Positions 1 to 8,943 are shown, counted from the stretch's first letter. The stretch: 64,000 nucleotides of DNA from Hydrogenophaga sp. (GCF_050250835.1 NZ_JBFWNX010000019.1:6549-70548), one strand, 5' to 3'. The notes: a model not told the origin generated them from the letters alone. A program made the numbers and translations.

Positions 1-167
1 GCGGCAAAGCCGAGCCACGGTAGGTCACCGTGGGGCGTTGAAGGGCTGGGTGGAAATGCTGCATCGCCGCATTTTAGATGATCAACGCGGCATCAAGGAC
101 CATGCATCCAAGATGCACCAGTGGAAACGGCGAACGACCTTTGTCAATATTCGGGATCAACCACCCA

Positions 168-1139
168 TCAGGCACGCTCGGGCGCCTTCATCAGTTTCAC
201 CACCACATAGATCCCCGTCAGCATGGCCGCAAAACTGGCCAGCGCCTGCAACGACAGCGTGGGCATCAACACCAGCAACACGGTGTCGTTGCCTCCCGGC
301 ACCAGTGCGCCACCGATGCCCATGAGTCCGCCGCCCAGCATGTTGCGCCACCCGAACATGGTCTGCGCGCCGCGCCATTGAAACTGGCCGCGCTGCACCG
401 ACGAGACCACCATGCCCACGAACAGGCAGGAGACCAGCGTCAGGCGATACCATCCTGGCGGCTTCGTTCCGGATATCCAAGAAACACCCAGCTCGCGCAG
501 GTAGTTGGTGTAGGTCCAGGCGCCTTCCAGCAGGAACAGCAGGCCGCTGCAAAGACCCAGCACCATCGCGGCCATTGAAAGTCGATACCTGGGCGCCAGA
601 AGCCACTTGTCTGGGCGCTGGTGGTGGACTCTGCAGCGCCAGAGCACCACGAGCTGCCACACCGCCCACGCCAGCAGCAGCAACATCAGCGCTTTGCGAA
701 AGCCCGCGCCCACCGCACTCCACCAGAGTGCTTCCGCATGGGGCCAGGGCAGTGTGCCGACCGATTGCAGCCACGTCACCACGAGGCTGCCCAGCACAAA
801 GAACGCCAGCGTGGTGAGCAGACGGGTTTCGCCGTCCGCCAGCCGCTGCAAGGTGGACAAGGAACAGCCGCCATTCACCGCTGCCCCCATGCCGAACAGC
901 AGACCGCCGACCACGCTGAACAGCCAGCTGCTGGCCAGCACGGGGCGCCCGGCGATGGGCGCTCCCACCCAGACAAACAACCCCGTGACCAGGCTGGCCC
1001 AGAGCGAGGCGTAAAAAAAACTGACCAGCAAGCTGGCCTTGCGCTGCTCCATCCACTGCATCACCGCGCGCACCGTGCACAAGCTGGCACGGTGGGCCGC
1101 GAAGCCGATCAGAAAAACCAACACAAAACTGAGCCACAT
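168..1139 (-). CDS. YeeE/YedE-family thiosulfate/sulfur(selenium) transporter
   Basis: 323 aa, multiple TM helices, RASLCTV, GLLFGMGAAVNGGCS and GGGLMGIGGALVPGGND repeats. Confidence 0.8.
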   Translation of the reverse strand: MWLSFVLVFLIGFAAHRASLCTVRAVMQWMEQRKASLLVSFFYASLWASLVTGLFVWVGAPIAGRPVLASSWLFSVVGGLLFGMGAAVNGGCSLSTLQRLADGETRLLTTLAFFVLGSLVVTWLQSVGTLPWPHAEALWWSAVGAGFRKALMLLLLAWAVWQLVVLWRCRVHHQRPDKWLLAPRYRLSMAAMVLGLCSGLLFLLEGAWTYTNYLRELGVSWISGTKPPGWYRLTLVSCLFVGMVVSSVQRGQFQWRGAQTMFGWRNMLGGGLMGIGGALVPGGNDTVLLVLMPTLSLQALASFAAMLTGIYVVVKLMKAPERA

Positions 1140-1146
1140 GGCGCTT

Positions 1147-1174
1147 GGTCGGTGATCGCCGCATCCGGATTACA
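1147..1174 (-). promoter_or_regulatory. ECF promoter variant B (TGTAAT-N17-CGACC) for yeeE; probably leaderless transcript
   Basis: Plus strand GGTCG 1147-1151 and ATTACA 1169-1174, 17-bp spacer; the ATG starts 8 nt after CGACC. Confidence 0.75.
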
Positions 1175-1182
1175 CCGATCGC

Positions 1183-1210
1183 TGTAATGATCCGGCTCCA
1201 GGTGACGACC
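1183..1210 (+). promoter_or_regulatory. ECF promoter variant B (TGTAAT-N17-CGACC) for the Cys-rich peptide operon
   Basis: TGTAAT 1183-1188, CGACC 1206-1210, 17-bp spacer. Confidence 0.75.
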
Positions 1211-1288
1211 AAGCCCCACCAAGGACTGTTCGTGGGCATCCGGCCTCGCGCATGTCACTGGTTTCTGTCACTTCACCGGAGAACCCCC

Positions 1289-1468
1289 ATGTCATCACTT
1301 TCTTCCCGCCTGTCCCTGAGCCTGGCTGCGGCCGTTGTCACCACCGCCGCCCTGGGTGGCTGCGCCATGGCCTGCCGCGCTTGCGGCGCCAAATGCGGCA
1401 CGTCCAAGACCATGCCTAAGTGCAGCGCCTGCAAGGCCAAATGCGGCGCCTGCGCACCCAAAAAGTAA
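1289..1468 (+). CDS. 59-aa secreted Cys-rich peptide (candidate RiPP precursor or metallothionein-like)
   Basis: GGAGA SD; hydrophobic N-terminal signal-like segment; core CRACGAKCG...CSACKAKCGAC; 8 Cys in total. Confidence 0.75.
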   Translation: MSSLSSRLSLSLAAAVVTTAALGGCAMACRACGAKCGTSKTMPKCSACKAKCGACAPKK

Positions 1469-1481
1469 TCAACCCGTGCCC

Positions 1482-1517
1482 CACGTCCCCTGAACGGCAC
1501 CCCGCTCTGGGGACGTG
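1482..1517 (+). other. Intergenic stem-loop after the peptide gene
   Basis: Perfect 9-bp inverted repeat CACGTCCCC (1482-1490) / GGGGACGTG (1509-1517), no U-tract. Confidence 0.5.
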
Positions 1518-1533
1518 TCATCGACCTGCATCC

Positions 1534-2241
1534 ATGCCTGCATCCGCCCTGCTGCGCCGACACTGGCGCTCGGCCCCATTCACCGAACTGGGCGCCGCCC
1601 TGCACCACGGCCAGGCCAGCGTAGAAGCCTTCGCCACCGCCACGGAAGCAGCGGGCTCCCTGCTCCAAAGCTGGGTGCAAGGCGCCGAGGTGGTGGCGTA
1701 CGAACACTACCCGCCATCCGACGTCATTGATCTGGCCAGCGGGACCCAGTTCTACTACCACGCCCACCGCACCCACGGCGACGAACACGGGCATCTGCAC
1801 GTGTTCTGGCACGCCACCGCGTCAGGCCGCCGCAGCCGCCCCACACAAGGCCGCAAGGTCTGGAAACGCAGCGCACCGACGCACATGTTGGCCATCGCGC
1901 TCGACGCCCGTGGCTTGCCGGTCAAGCTCTTCACCACCAACCAGTGGGTCACCGAAGGCCACTGGTTCGACACTGCGCTCACCCTGGCCTGCCTCGACCG
2001 CTGCCGACCCGGCCCGGTGCCCGGCCACGAAAACGCCTGCGCCTGGCTGGGCCATTTTCTGGCGCTGTACCGCCCCCTGATCGCCGACCTGCTGCAGCGC
2101 CGGGACGCCCGCCTCGCGAAGCACGGCGCCCTGGCGGATGCATTGAGCAACCACCGCCTGGAGGTGCTCAGCCAGTCGCGCATCGACTGGGCCGCCGATC
2201 TCGATGCCCTACAAGCCGAGGCGACCCGGCGCGGGCTCTGA
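1534..2241 (+). CDS. His-motif hypothetical protein (DUF6969-like from memory; start uncertain)
   Basis: Motifs QFYYHAHR, EHGHLHVF, THMLAIALD, LFTTNQWVT. Confidence 0.6.
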   Translation: MPASALLRRHWRSAPFTELGAALHHGQASVEAFATATEAAGSLLQSWVQGAEVVAYEHYPPSDVIDLASGTQFYYHAHRTHGDEHGHLHVFWHATASGRRSRPTQGRKVWKRSAPTHMLAIALDARGLPVKLFTTNQWVTEGHWFDTALTLACLDRCRPGPVPGHENACAWLGHFLALYRPLIADLLQRRDARLAKHGALADALSNHRLEVLSQSRIDWAADLDALQAEATRRGL

Positions 2242-2263
2242 GGCTGGGCACCGCCCCGGTGAA

Positions 2264-3340
2264 TCAGCGGGCCTCGACCGTGAACTGGTGGCTGTTGCCC
2301 TTGAGTACTTCGACCGTGGGCCGGTACAGGCCCGGCAGGCTGCCCGCGCGGAACTGGATCGCGAGCAGACCCGGGTTGGGCTTGCCGCCTCCGGCCGCAG
2401 GCGGAAAGCGGTCGCTGCGCAGCACCTGCCCCGAAAGCACCGGATTGCCATCGGCACCCAGCGGGCTGGTGGCCGCCTGGCCCGTGGCGCCTTTCGGTGC
2501 CGCACCGATGATGCCGCCGACCACCGTGTCGACCGCCGGGTCCAGGCGCTTGTCGCCGTTGCTGTCCTGCACCAGCAGACCACCGGTGTAGCGCGGAAAG
2601 CGGTTGATGTCGCGCGGCGCCACGCCCACACCGTTGAGCGGTGCACCGTTGGCGCCCCAGAGCAGCAGCCCCAGGTGCATGGGGGCGACCTGCCCGGTCG
2701 CTACCGTCTGGAAGTCGGTGTTCGCGCCCGGTGGCACATGGAAATTGGTGGGCGCCAGCCGTGCCTCCAGCATTTCTTCCTGCACCCGCATGCCTCCTTG
2801 CCAGACCGCCTGCACCTGGCCCTGGGCGGACCGGCGCGTGACCGTCACCGGGTAACCGCCGGTGGCCGGGTTGGTGAAGCTGCGACCGCGCAGATGAATC
2901 ACCTTGATGCCCGGTGCGTTGCCGCCTTCTGCCGCCATGTCCTTGAGCGCGGTGACGGTGATGACGTGGTCTTTCTCGACATAGTCTATGCGGTACTGCC
3001 CGGCCAGCGGCACGGCACCCTGCGGCCAGCCCTTGGTCAGCACGAGATTGGTGTCCCGGTCGGCCACGATGGGCACCGAGGCGTTGCGCTTGAACGCCGG
3101 AGACAGCGCCAGCTGCAGCGACTCGCCCGCCTTCAGGGCCAGGCCCGGTGTGGCCGGGTTGGCGTCGGGCACCAGCACAAACACATAGTCGGTCGCTTCG
3201 CCCGCCACATGCCCGTCGTATGACACCGGAGCCGGAGCGGTGAGGAGCGCCTGCGGTTTCTGCGGTTCGACGGTGCCGCACGCGGCCAGCAGCAGCACCG
3301 AAGCGCCGATCAGCGGAAGGGTTTGGGTCATGGCATGCAT
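2264..3340 (-). CDS. Lipoprotein of unknown function
   Basis: AGGAGA SD before ATG 3340, lipobox LLAAC, DSNGDKRLD Ca-binding-like motif. Confidence 0.7.
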   Translation of the reverse strand: MHAMTQTLPLIGASVLLLAACGTVEPQKPQALLTAPAPVSYDGHVAGEATDYVFVLVPDANPATPGLALKAGESLQLALSPAFKRNASVPIVADRDTNLVLTKGWPQGAVPLAGQYRIDYVEKDHVITVTALKDMAAEGGNAPGIKVIHLRGRSFTNPATGGYPVTVTRRSAQGQVQAVWQGGMRVQEEMLEARLAPTNFHVPPGANTDFQTVATGQVAPMHLGLLLWGANGAPLNGVGVAPRDINRFPRYTGGLLVQDSNGDKRLDPAVDTVVGGIIGAAPKGATGQAATSPLGADGNPVLSGQVLRSDRFPPAAGGGKPNPGLLAIQFRAGSLPGLYRPTVEVLKGNSHQFTVEAR

Positions 3341-3396
3341 GGGAAGGTCTCCTTGAAATGAGCGGTTCACCGAAGAACCCGTGGTTGAAGAATCGG

Positions 3397-4131
3397 TCAG
3401 ATGCCCACCGTGAGGTTGACCCAGGCGTCGGGCATCCACTGCACGAACAAAGCTTCGAGCCGTTTGTCCCAGCCCATCAGGATGGCCACACCCAGCAGGC
3501 CCAGCAACACGGCAAAAGCGTGGCGCACGCGATCGATGCGCGCCATCACCCAGTCGCGCACACGGTTGAAGCCGCTGCGCGAGGCGTACGCCACGGCCAC
3601 CAGGGGAATGGCCGCCCCCAGGCCAAAAACACCCAGGATCAAGCCGCCCCGCGCCAGGCCACCCTCGCTCGCCACAAGGGTGAGCGCCGAGCCGAGCAAA
3701 GGACCTGAGCAGGGGCTCCAGACCAGGCCCAGCACACCGCCGAGCAGAAACGCACCAGTGAGCGAACCGCCCTGCAGCCCCGACGATGCGGCATGGGCCG
3801 AATTGGCCAGCGGCAACATCCAGCGCGTGAAGCGTTCGCCCAGCGCGGGCACCAGCATCACCACCGCAAAGGCGATCAACATGGCGGCACCCGCAAAGCG
3901 CACGGTGTCGCCATCCACCCCCAGCGCCGGCCCGAGGGCGCCGAGCACCACGCCGATGCCGGCGAACGAGGCAACCATGCCCAGGCCCATGGCCACCGGC
4001 CCCAGCCGGTTGCCCTGCAGCGCACCACCGACCACCAGGGGGAGCATGGGGAAAACGCAGGGTGAGAGCGTCGTCAGGCCTCCGGCGGCCAGGCTGAAAC
4101 CGAGTTGTGGCAGAGAGACCAGATCAGACAT
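3397..4131 (-). CDS. ccdA: CcdA/DsbD-type transmembrane electron transporter
   Basis: LSPCVFPMLP and WSPCSGPLL Cys motifs, about 6 TM helices. Confidence 0.85.
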   Translation of the reverse strand: MSDLVSLPQLGFSLAAGGLTTLSPCVFPMLPLVVGGALQGNRLGPVAMGLGMVASFAGIGVVLGALGPALGVDGDTVRFAGAAMLIAFAVVMLVPALGERFTRWMLPLANSAHAASSGLQGGSLTGAFLLGGVLGLVWSPCSGPLLGSALTLVASEGGLARGGLILGVFGLGAAIPLVAVAYASRSGFNRVRDWVMARIDRVRHAFAVLLGLLGVAILMGWDKRLEALFVQWMPDAWVNLTVGI

Positions 4132-4144
4132 GCGTGTGTTGCGC

Positions 4145-4525
4145 TCAGAGCGCGGACTTGAATGCGGTGCGAATGGCGGCTGGGTCGGTGTCACCCACCA
4201 GGCGCGCCCACTCCTGTTGCCCGCGCAGCACCACGAAGGTGGACTGGGCGCGCACGTTGAACCGCTTCTTGATGTCCTTCTCGGTGTCGTAGTTGACGAC
4301 CATCACCGTCAGGTCCAGACCCGACTCGCTCTTGAGGGACTGCAAGACCTTGTCCTGCGCGCGGCAGGTCGGGCACCAGTCGGCATGGAAGTGCAGCGCC
4401 ACCGGCTGGTTGCTGGCCTGGGCCTGCGCCAGCAGCGCGGCAGAAAAGGGTTTGATCTCCAGCGCGTGCGAGGCAGCACTGGCGAGCAACAGAACAGAGG
4501 CAAAAAAGACGCGGCGAAGAACCAT
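4145..4525 (-). CDS. Periplasmic thioredoxin-family protein
   Basis: Signal peptide, FHADWCPTC, AQST cis-Pro loop equivalent. Confidence 0.85.
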   Translation of the reverse strand: MVLRRVFFASVLLLASAASHALEIKPFSAALLAQAQASNQPVALHFHADWCPTCRAQDKVLQSLKSESGLDLTVMVVNYDTEKDIKKRFNVRAQSTFVVLRGQQEWARLVGDTDPAAIRTAFKSAL

Positions 4526-4560
4526 GTTGACTCCTTGAATGGGACCTGGGTGATGAGTTC

Positions 4561-4588
4561 AGTCGCCCCCACGCGTGCATTCCTTACA
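4561..4588 (-). promoter_or_regulatory. ECF promoter variant A (TGTAAG-N17-CGACT) for trx-ccdA-lipoprotein
   Basis: Plus strand AGTCG 4561-4565, CTTACA 4583-4588, 17-bp spacer. Confidence 0.8.
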
Positions 4589-4603
4589 GGCGTCAATGAA
4601 CAA

Positions 4604-5827
4604 TCAGGCCAGGTCGGCCGGCGCCGCAACCGCTGCGTCCAGGTGAAGCCTGTGCAGACACACCCCTTCGAGCGGATCGTGTGGCGCTTCCCAAGGCTTT
4701 TCCGCCAGCGCCTGGCGCCCCAGCTTCAGCCCGGCGTCCGAACGCATGCCCACTCCGCGGGGCGTGAAGTCAATGTCCTTGCTCTGGTCCGCACCCGGCA
4801 GGTGCGGCGCCATCAGGCTGACGACGTGCATCACCGTGTTGCAACCCCAGGCGCCCAGCTCGCGCGCGTGGGCGCTGTCGGGCACTTGCCGGGCCAGGTC
4901 GCGGATGATGTGGCGCAGCCGGTGCAACTGGCGCTGGCGCTCGATGTGCGATTCGGCCCGGCTGGCGAACTGGATGTCTTTCAAACGGCCCTGCACGTCC
5001 CAGAGGCTTTGCGGTTCATCCCCGTGCGGCTCCCACAGGCGGCAGGCAAAGATCAGCGAGTCGCAGCGCGGCTTGTCGTCCAGCACGACCTCGATCGGCG
5101 TGTTCGAGTACAGCCCGCCGTCCCAGTACGGGTCGCCGTCGATGCGCACGGCACCGAAAGCCGGCGCCAGCGCCCCTGAGGCCATGATGTGGTCGACGCC
5201 GAGGCGTTCGTGCCGACTGTCGAAATACCGCATCTGCCCGGTGCGCGCGTTGACCGCGCCCACCGTGATGCGCATGGGCGAGCGCGCGAGGTATTCAAAA
5301 TCCACCAGCTCACCGAGTGTGTCGCGCAGCGGCTGCGTGTCGTAGTACGCCGCCTGTTCGATGCCGAGCGCCTGGCGCGGGTTGAACCAGGCGGGCAGGT
5401 TGGGCTTGAAGAAATCGGGAATGCCCTGCCCCACCACACCCAGGTTGTGCTGCCACTGCGCCAACCCGGCCAGCGAGGGCCACAGTGCAAAGACGCCTTG
5501 CCCCGCCTGCCGCGACTGCATGCGCGCCCAGAACTCACGCAAGCGCGCCAGCCGGTGCTGGGGATGGTTGCCAGCGATCAATGCGGCGTTGATCGCACCG
5601 ATGGAGGTGCCGATGACCCAGTCCGGCTCCTTGCCGCCTTCGTGCAGGGCCTGGTAGACACCGAGGTGAAACGCCCCTACCGCGCCACCGCCCTGCATGA
5701 CCATCACGGTCTGCTGGGGCGGGCAGTTCGTGTTCGGCATTTCCATCCTGGTACGCGCCACCTTCGCGGCCACCGTTTGGGCGGAATCGCGGGGTTGGCG
5801 GGATGGGGTTTTTGCGCGTGTGGCCAT
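4604..5827 (-). CDS. Patatin-like phospholipase/esterase with DUF3734-like C-terminus (start uncertain)
   Basis: QGGGAVG, GTSIG nucleophile elbow, WDGG. Confidence 0.85.
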   Translation of the reverse strand: MATRAKTPSRQPRDSAQTVAAKVARTRMEMPNTNCPPQQTVMVMQGGGAVGAFHLGVYQALHEGGKEPDWVIGTSIGAINAALIAGNHPQHRLARLREFWARMQSRQAGQGVFALWPSLAGLAQWQHNLGVVGQGIPDFFKPNLPAWFNPRQALGIEQAAYYDTQPLRDTLGELVDFEYLARSPMRITVGAVNARTGQMRYFDSRHERLGVDHIMASGALAPAFGAVRIDGDPYWDGGLYSNTPIEVVLDDKPRCDSLIFACRLWEPHGDEPQSLWDVQGRLKDIQFASRAESHIERQRQLHRLRHIIRDLARQVPDSAHARELGAWGCNTVMHVVSLMAPHLPGADQSKDIDFTPRGVGMRSDAGLKLGRQALAEKPWEAPHDPLEGVCLHRLHLDAAVAAPADLA

Positions 5828-5843
5828 ATCGATCCGCCTTTCG

Positions 5844-6644
5844 TTATTGCGCCGTCCAGCCGCCGTCGATGGGCATCACCGCGCCGGTGATGCTGGCGCC
5901 GGCGTCGGAACACAGGAAAGCCGCGTAGGCCGCCACCTGCTCGATGGTGACGAAGCGCTTGGTGGGCTGTGCGTGCAGCAGCACATCGTCGATCACCTGC
6001 TGTTCGGTCAGGCCGCGCGCCCTGGCCGTGTCGGGGATCTGCTTTTCCACCAGCGGTGTCCACACATAGCCCGGGCACAGCGCGTTGGCGGTGATGCCCT
6101 GGGTGGCCACTTCCAGCGCCACCGTTTTGGTGAACCCGGCGATGCCGTGTTTGGCCGCCACGTAGGCGGACTTGAACGGCGATGCCACCAGCGCGTGCGC
6201 AGAGGCCACGTTGATCACCCGGCCCCACCCCTTCGTCTTCATGCCGGGCAAGGCCAGCCGCGTGGTGTGGAACGCGGCCGACAGGTTGATCGCGATGATC
6301 GCGTTCCACTTGTCCACCGGAAACTCGTCCACCGGCGCCACGTATTGAATGCCCGCGTTGTTCACCAGGATGTCGATAGCGCCGCGGGTGCCGATGGCTT
6401 CTTCCATCATGGCCTGCGTGGCCGCCGGATCGGACAGGTCGGCGCCGCTGTGGTGCACGTTCACCCCGTGCAGCTGCGACAGCTCGCTGCGCAGTTGTTC
6501 GATGGCTTCGATTTCGCCGAAACCGTTGAGCACGATGTCGCACCCCGCCGCGGCCAGCGCCGTCGCGATACCGAGACCGATACCGCTGGTGGACCCTGTG
6601 ACGAGGGCGGTTTTTCTCTTGGCGCGGGTGGTCGGGTGGGACAT
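5844..6644 (-). CDS. bdhA: 3-hydroxybutyrate dehydrogenase (SDR)
   Basis: TGSTSGIG, NNAGIQ, YVAAKHG, CPGYVWTPLV. Confidence 0.9.
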   Translation of the reverse strand: MSHPTTRAKRKTALVTGSTSGIGLGIATALAAAGCDIVLNGFGEIEAIEQLRSELSQLHGVNVHHSGADLSDPAATQAMMEEAIGTRGAIDILVNNAGIQYVAPVDEFPVDKWNAIIAINLSAAFHTTRLALPGMKTKGWGRVINVASAHALVASPFKSAYVAAKHGIAGFTKTVALEVATQGITANALCPGYVWTPLVEKQIPDTARARGLTEQQVIDDVLLHAQPTKRFVTIEQVAAYAAFLCSDAGASITGAVMPIDGGWTAQ

Positions 6645-6695
6645 GGGCAATTCCTGAAAAGCGGTCGATGGCAAGCCAGACGGCTTGTGCCCTTC

Positions 6696-6723
6696 AGTCG
6701 CTGCCCATCACGGCATCCTTACA
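6696..6723 (-). promoter_or_regulatory. ECF promoter variant A (TGTAAG-N17-CGACT) for bdhA-patatin
   Basis: Plus strand AGTCG 6696-6700, CTTACA 6718-6723, 17-bp spacer. Confidence 0.8.
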
Positions 6724-6763
6724 GCGCGCCCATCGCGATGACGTTGTGCGTTGGCAAGCACGC

Positions 6764-7048
6764 TCAGTCAGGCGCCAGCGTCACACCCCGCCAGAAGGCC
6801 ACACGATCGCGTATGGCAGTGGCACGCGCGGTCGGGTGGGTATAGGTCCAGATGGCGTCCCTGTTGACCTGCCCGGCCACCACGATGTCGTAGTAGCTGG
6901 CCATGCCTTTGTAGGGGCACACGGTGTTTGTCGAGCTGCTGCGCACGTGCGCCTTGACCAGCGAGCCGAGCGGAAAGTAGCTGACCCCCTCGTGCTCCAC
7001 GATGTCATCGCTCTGCGCAATCACGGTGTGGTTCCAGATGGCCTTCAT
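6764..7048 (-). CDS. DUF427 domain protein
   Basis: MKAIWN..VIAQSD, YFP, CPYKG.ASYY, DAIWTY. Confidence 0.85.
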   Translation of the reverse strand: MKAIWNHTVIAQSDDIVEHEGVSYFPLGSLVKAHVRSSSTNTVCPYKGMASYYDIVVAGQVNRDAIWTYTHPTARATAIRDRVAFWRGVTLAPD

Positions 7049-7059
7049 CACACAGTCCC

Positions 7060-7755
7060 TCAAACACCCAGCCGCTGTGCGAGCGCGGGGAAGTCATCGA
7101 CCACGAAACTGCAGTCGGGGTGGGGATGCGGATCGGGCGGCCCAGCCGGTCCCCACTCCAGTGGCCGGCGGACGAAAGCGGTCTGGTAGCCGCAGCCTCG
7201 TGCCGCATTCAGGTCGAAGTTGTGGCAAGCCACCATCAGGATCTGCGCCGGCTCCAGGCCCAGCCAGGTGGCGACCTGCGCATAGGCCTCGGGTTGTGGC
7301 TTGTACACGCCGATCATCTCGCACGACACCACGGCATCCCAGTCGATGTCGTTGCGGCGCGAGACGGCCACCACCATGGCCAGCGGCAACATGGTGAACG
7401 AGACCACCGGGTAGCGGCGCTTCAGGCGGTTCAACGCGGCGGGAAAGTCGGGCCAGGTGTTCAGCGCGTGCCACGCCCGGTGTATCTGCCAGCGGTCCTG
7501 CGCGGTGAATGCCTGAAGACCGTGATGTGCCAACACGCCATCGAGCGTCGTGCGGTGCACGTCGTCCATGTTGAAGGCGGGTCGCACCTGCCCGACGATG
7601 GCTTTCATGGCCGCGCGCCGGTAGTCGTTGGTCACGGCATGCCAGTCGCGCGTCAGGTCATGCACATGACCCACGCGCGTGAATGCGTCCACGAGACCAG
7701 AATGCCAGTCGAACACCGTGCCGCCGGTGTCAAACGCCAGTGCCTGGATGTCCAT
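7060..7755 (-). CDS. Haloacid dehalogenase type II
   Basis: AFDTGGTVFDW, YKPQPEAY, MVACHNFDL. Confidence 0.85.
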   Translation of the reverse strand: MDIQALAFDTGGTVFDWHSGLVDAFTRVGHVHDLTRDWHAVTNDYRRAAMKAIVGQVRPAFNMDDVHRTTLDGVLAHHGLQAFTAQDRWQIHRAWHALNTWPDFPAALNRLKRRYPVVSFTMLPLAMVVAVSRRNDIDWDAVVSCEMIGVYKPQPEAYAQVATWLGLEPAQILMVACHNFDLNAARGCGYQTAFVRRPLEWGPAGPPDPHPHPDCSFVVDDFPALAQRLGV

Positions 7756-7785
7756 GGTGTGGGCTCCCGAGATGGTGACCTGCCA

Positions 7786-8094
7786 TCAACCGCCGCCGCG
7801 GTGCGTCTGCAGGTCAAAGCGTTTCTGGACCCGGTAGCGTTCAGCATCGCTCAGGTCCTCGTAGGTGAAGCGCACCGCCAGCTGCGGGATGACCAGCAGC
7901 GCTATGCGGCGCGGCGGCAGGGTCTGCCAGCTCAGCGTCAGGCGCCCCTGTGGCCAGCTCGCCAGATTGCTCTGCCCCGCCGCGTCGGTCTGCAACCGGG
8001 CCTCGGGCAAGGCCCGGGGCAGCCACGCCAACAATTCGTCGGCGGTGCAGCCCATGACCCGCTCGAAGGTTTCTGGAACGAAAGAAGGGGTCAT
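7786..8094 (-). CDS. Hypothetical protein
   Basis: 102-aa ORF tightly packed in the CMD-HAD operon. Confidence 0.65.
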   Translation of the reverse strand: MTPSFVPETFERVMGCTADELLAWLPRALPEARLQTDAAGQSNLASWPQGRLTLSWQTLPPRRIALLVIPQLAVRFTYEDLSDAERYRVQKRFDLQTHRGGG

Positions 8095-8107
8095 GGGCTT
8101 GCCGGTC

Positions 8108-8677
8108 TCAATCGACCTTGTAGGCCGCGAAGCGCTCGTCCACGGCCGTGCCGAACGCGTGGTTGGAATAGTTGCTCAGCACCTTCACCGACACCGCCAG
8201 CACGATGTAGAGCAGATCGCGCTCCTGGTAGCCAGCATCGAGAAACGCTTTGACCGCTGCAGGGCTGGGCTGGCCCAGGCCTTTGACCATTTCGGTGGTG
8301 ACTTCAAACAGTGCGGCCAGCTTCGGATCGGGAATGGGCTGGTGGCTGCGGATCGCTTGCAGCACAGGCGCCGGCACACCGGACATCTTGTCGGCAATCA
8401 TGCTGTGCGCCGCCGTGCAGTATTTGCAGCCATTGGTCCGGCTGACCGCCAGGAACACGACCTCCTGCTCGGTCGGCGTGAGGCCGGACTCCTTGCGAAA
8501 CAAGCCATAGCCGTGCAGGTAGGTGCTCAAGACGGCCGGTGCGTTGACCATGTTGGCGTACATGTTGGGGATGAACCCCACCTGCTTGAGCGCGGTGTCG
8601 AGGATCTCTTTCTGAGCGCCCTGGGCATCGGCGTGGGCCACGGGCTTGAGTTGCTGGATATAGGGTGCTGCTGACAT
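8108..8677 (-). CDS. Carboxymuconolactone decarboxylase/AhpD-like peroxidase
   Basis: GFIPNMY, EVVFLAVSRTNGCKYCTAAH. Confidence 0.85.
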   Translation of the reverse strand: MSAAPYIQQLKPVAHADAQGAQKEILDTALKQVGFIPNMYANMVNAPAVLSTYLHGYGLFRKESGLTPTEQEVVFLAVSRTNGCKYCTAAHSMIADKMSGVPAPVLQAIRSHQPIPDPKLAALFEVTTEMVKGLGQPSPAAVKAFLDAGYQERDLLYIVLAVSVKVLSNYSNHAFGTAVDERFAAYKVD

Positions 8678-8862
8678 GTGTGGGGCTCCTGGGGATGAGG
8701 TGAAACAAGCCGCGGTCGGTGAATCCGGATCGGTTCGACGGTGACTGAGCACCATGCTATGAGCCGTCCAAGCGCGGCGAATCACTGAACGTCTCAGCTT
8801 TGCTACCCATCGTTCTCCTGCCGTGCTGGTCGCGGTGAACGCAAAGATGGTGAAAAAATCCT

Positions 8863-8890
8863 TGTCACGTTTTTTCAGGTTGTTCCGACC
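8863..8890 (+). promoter_or_regulatory. Degenerate ECF promoter (TGTCAC-N17-CGACC) for the DUF4148 gene
   Basis: TGTCAC 8863-8868, CGACC 8886-8890. Confidence 0.5.
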
Positions 8891-8943
8891 AAGGTCATGA
8901 CGGCACTGCAGATCGCAGCGCTGCAAACCCGAAAGGAAACACC

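Noticed and set aside
1013-1020. A8 run in yeeE as a phase-variation tract
   Set aside because: Frame is intact (SFFY) and the run is short
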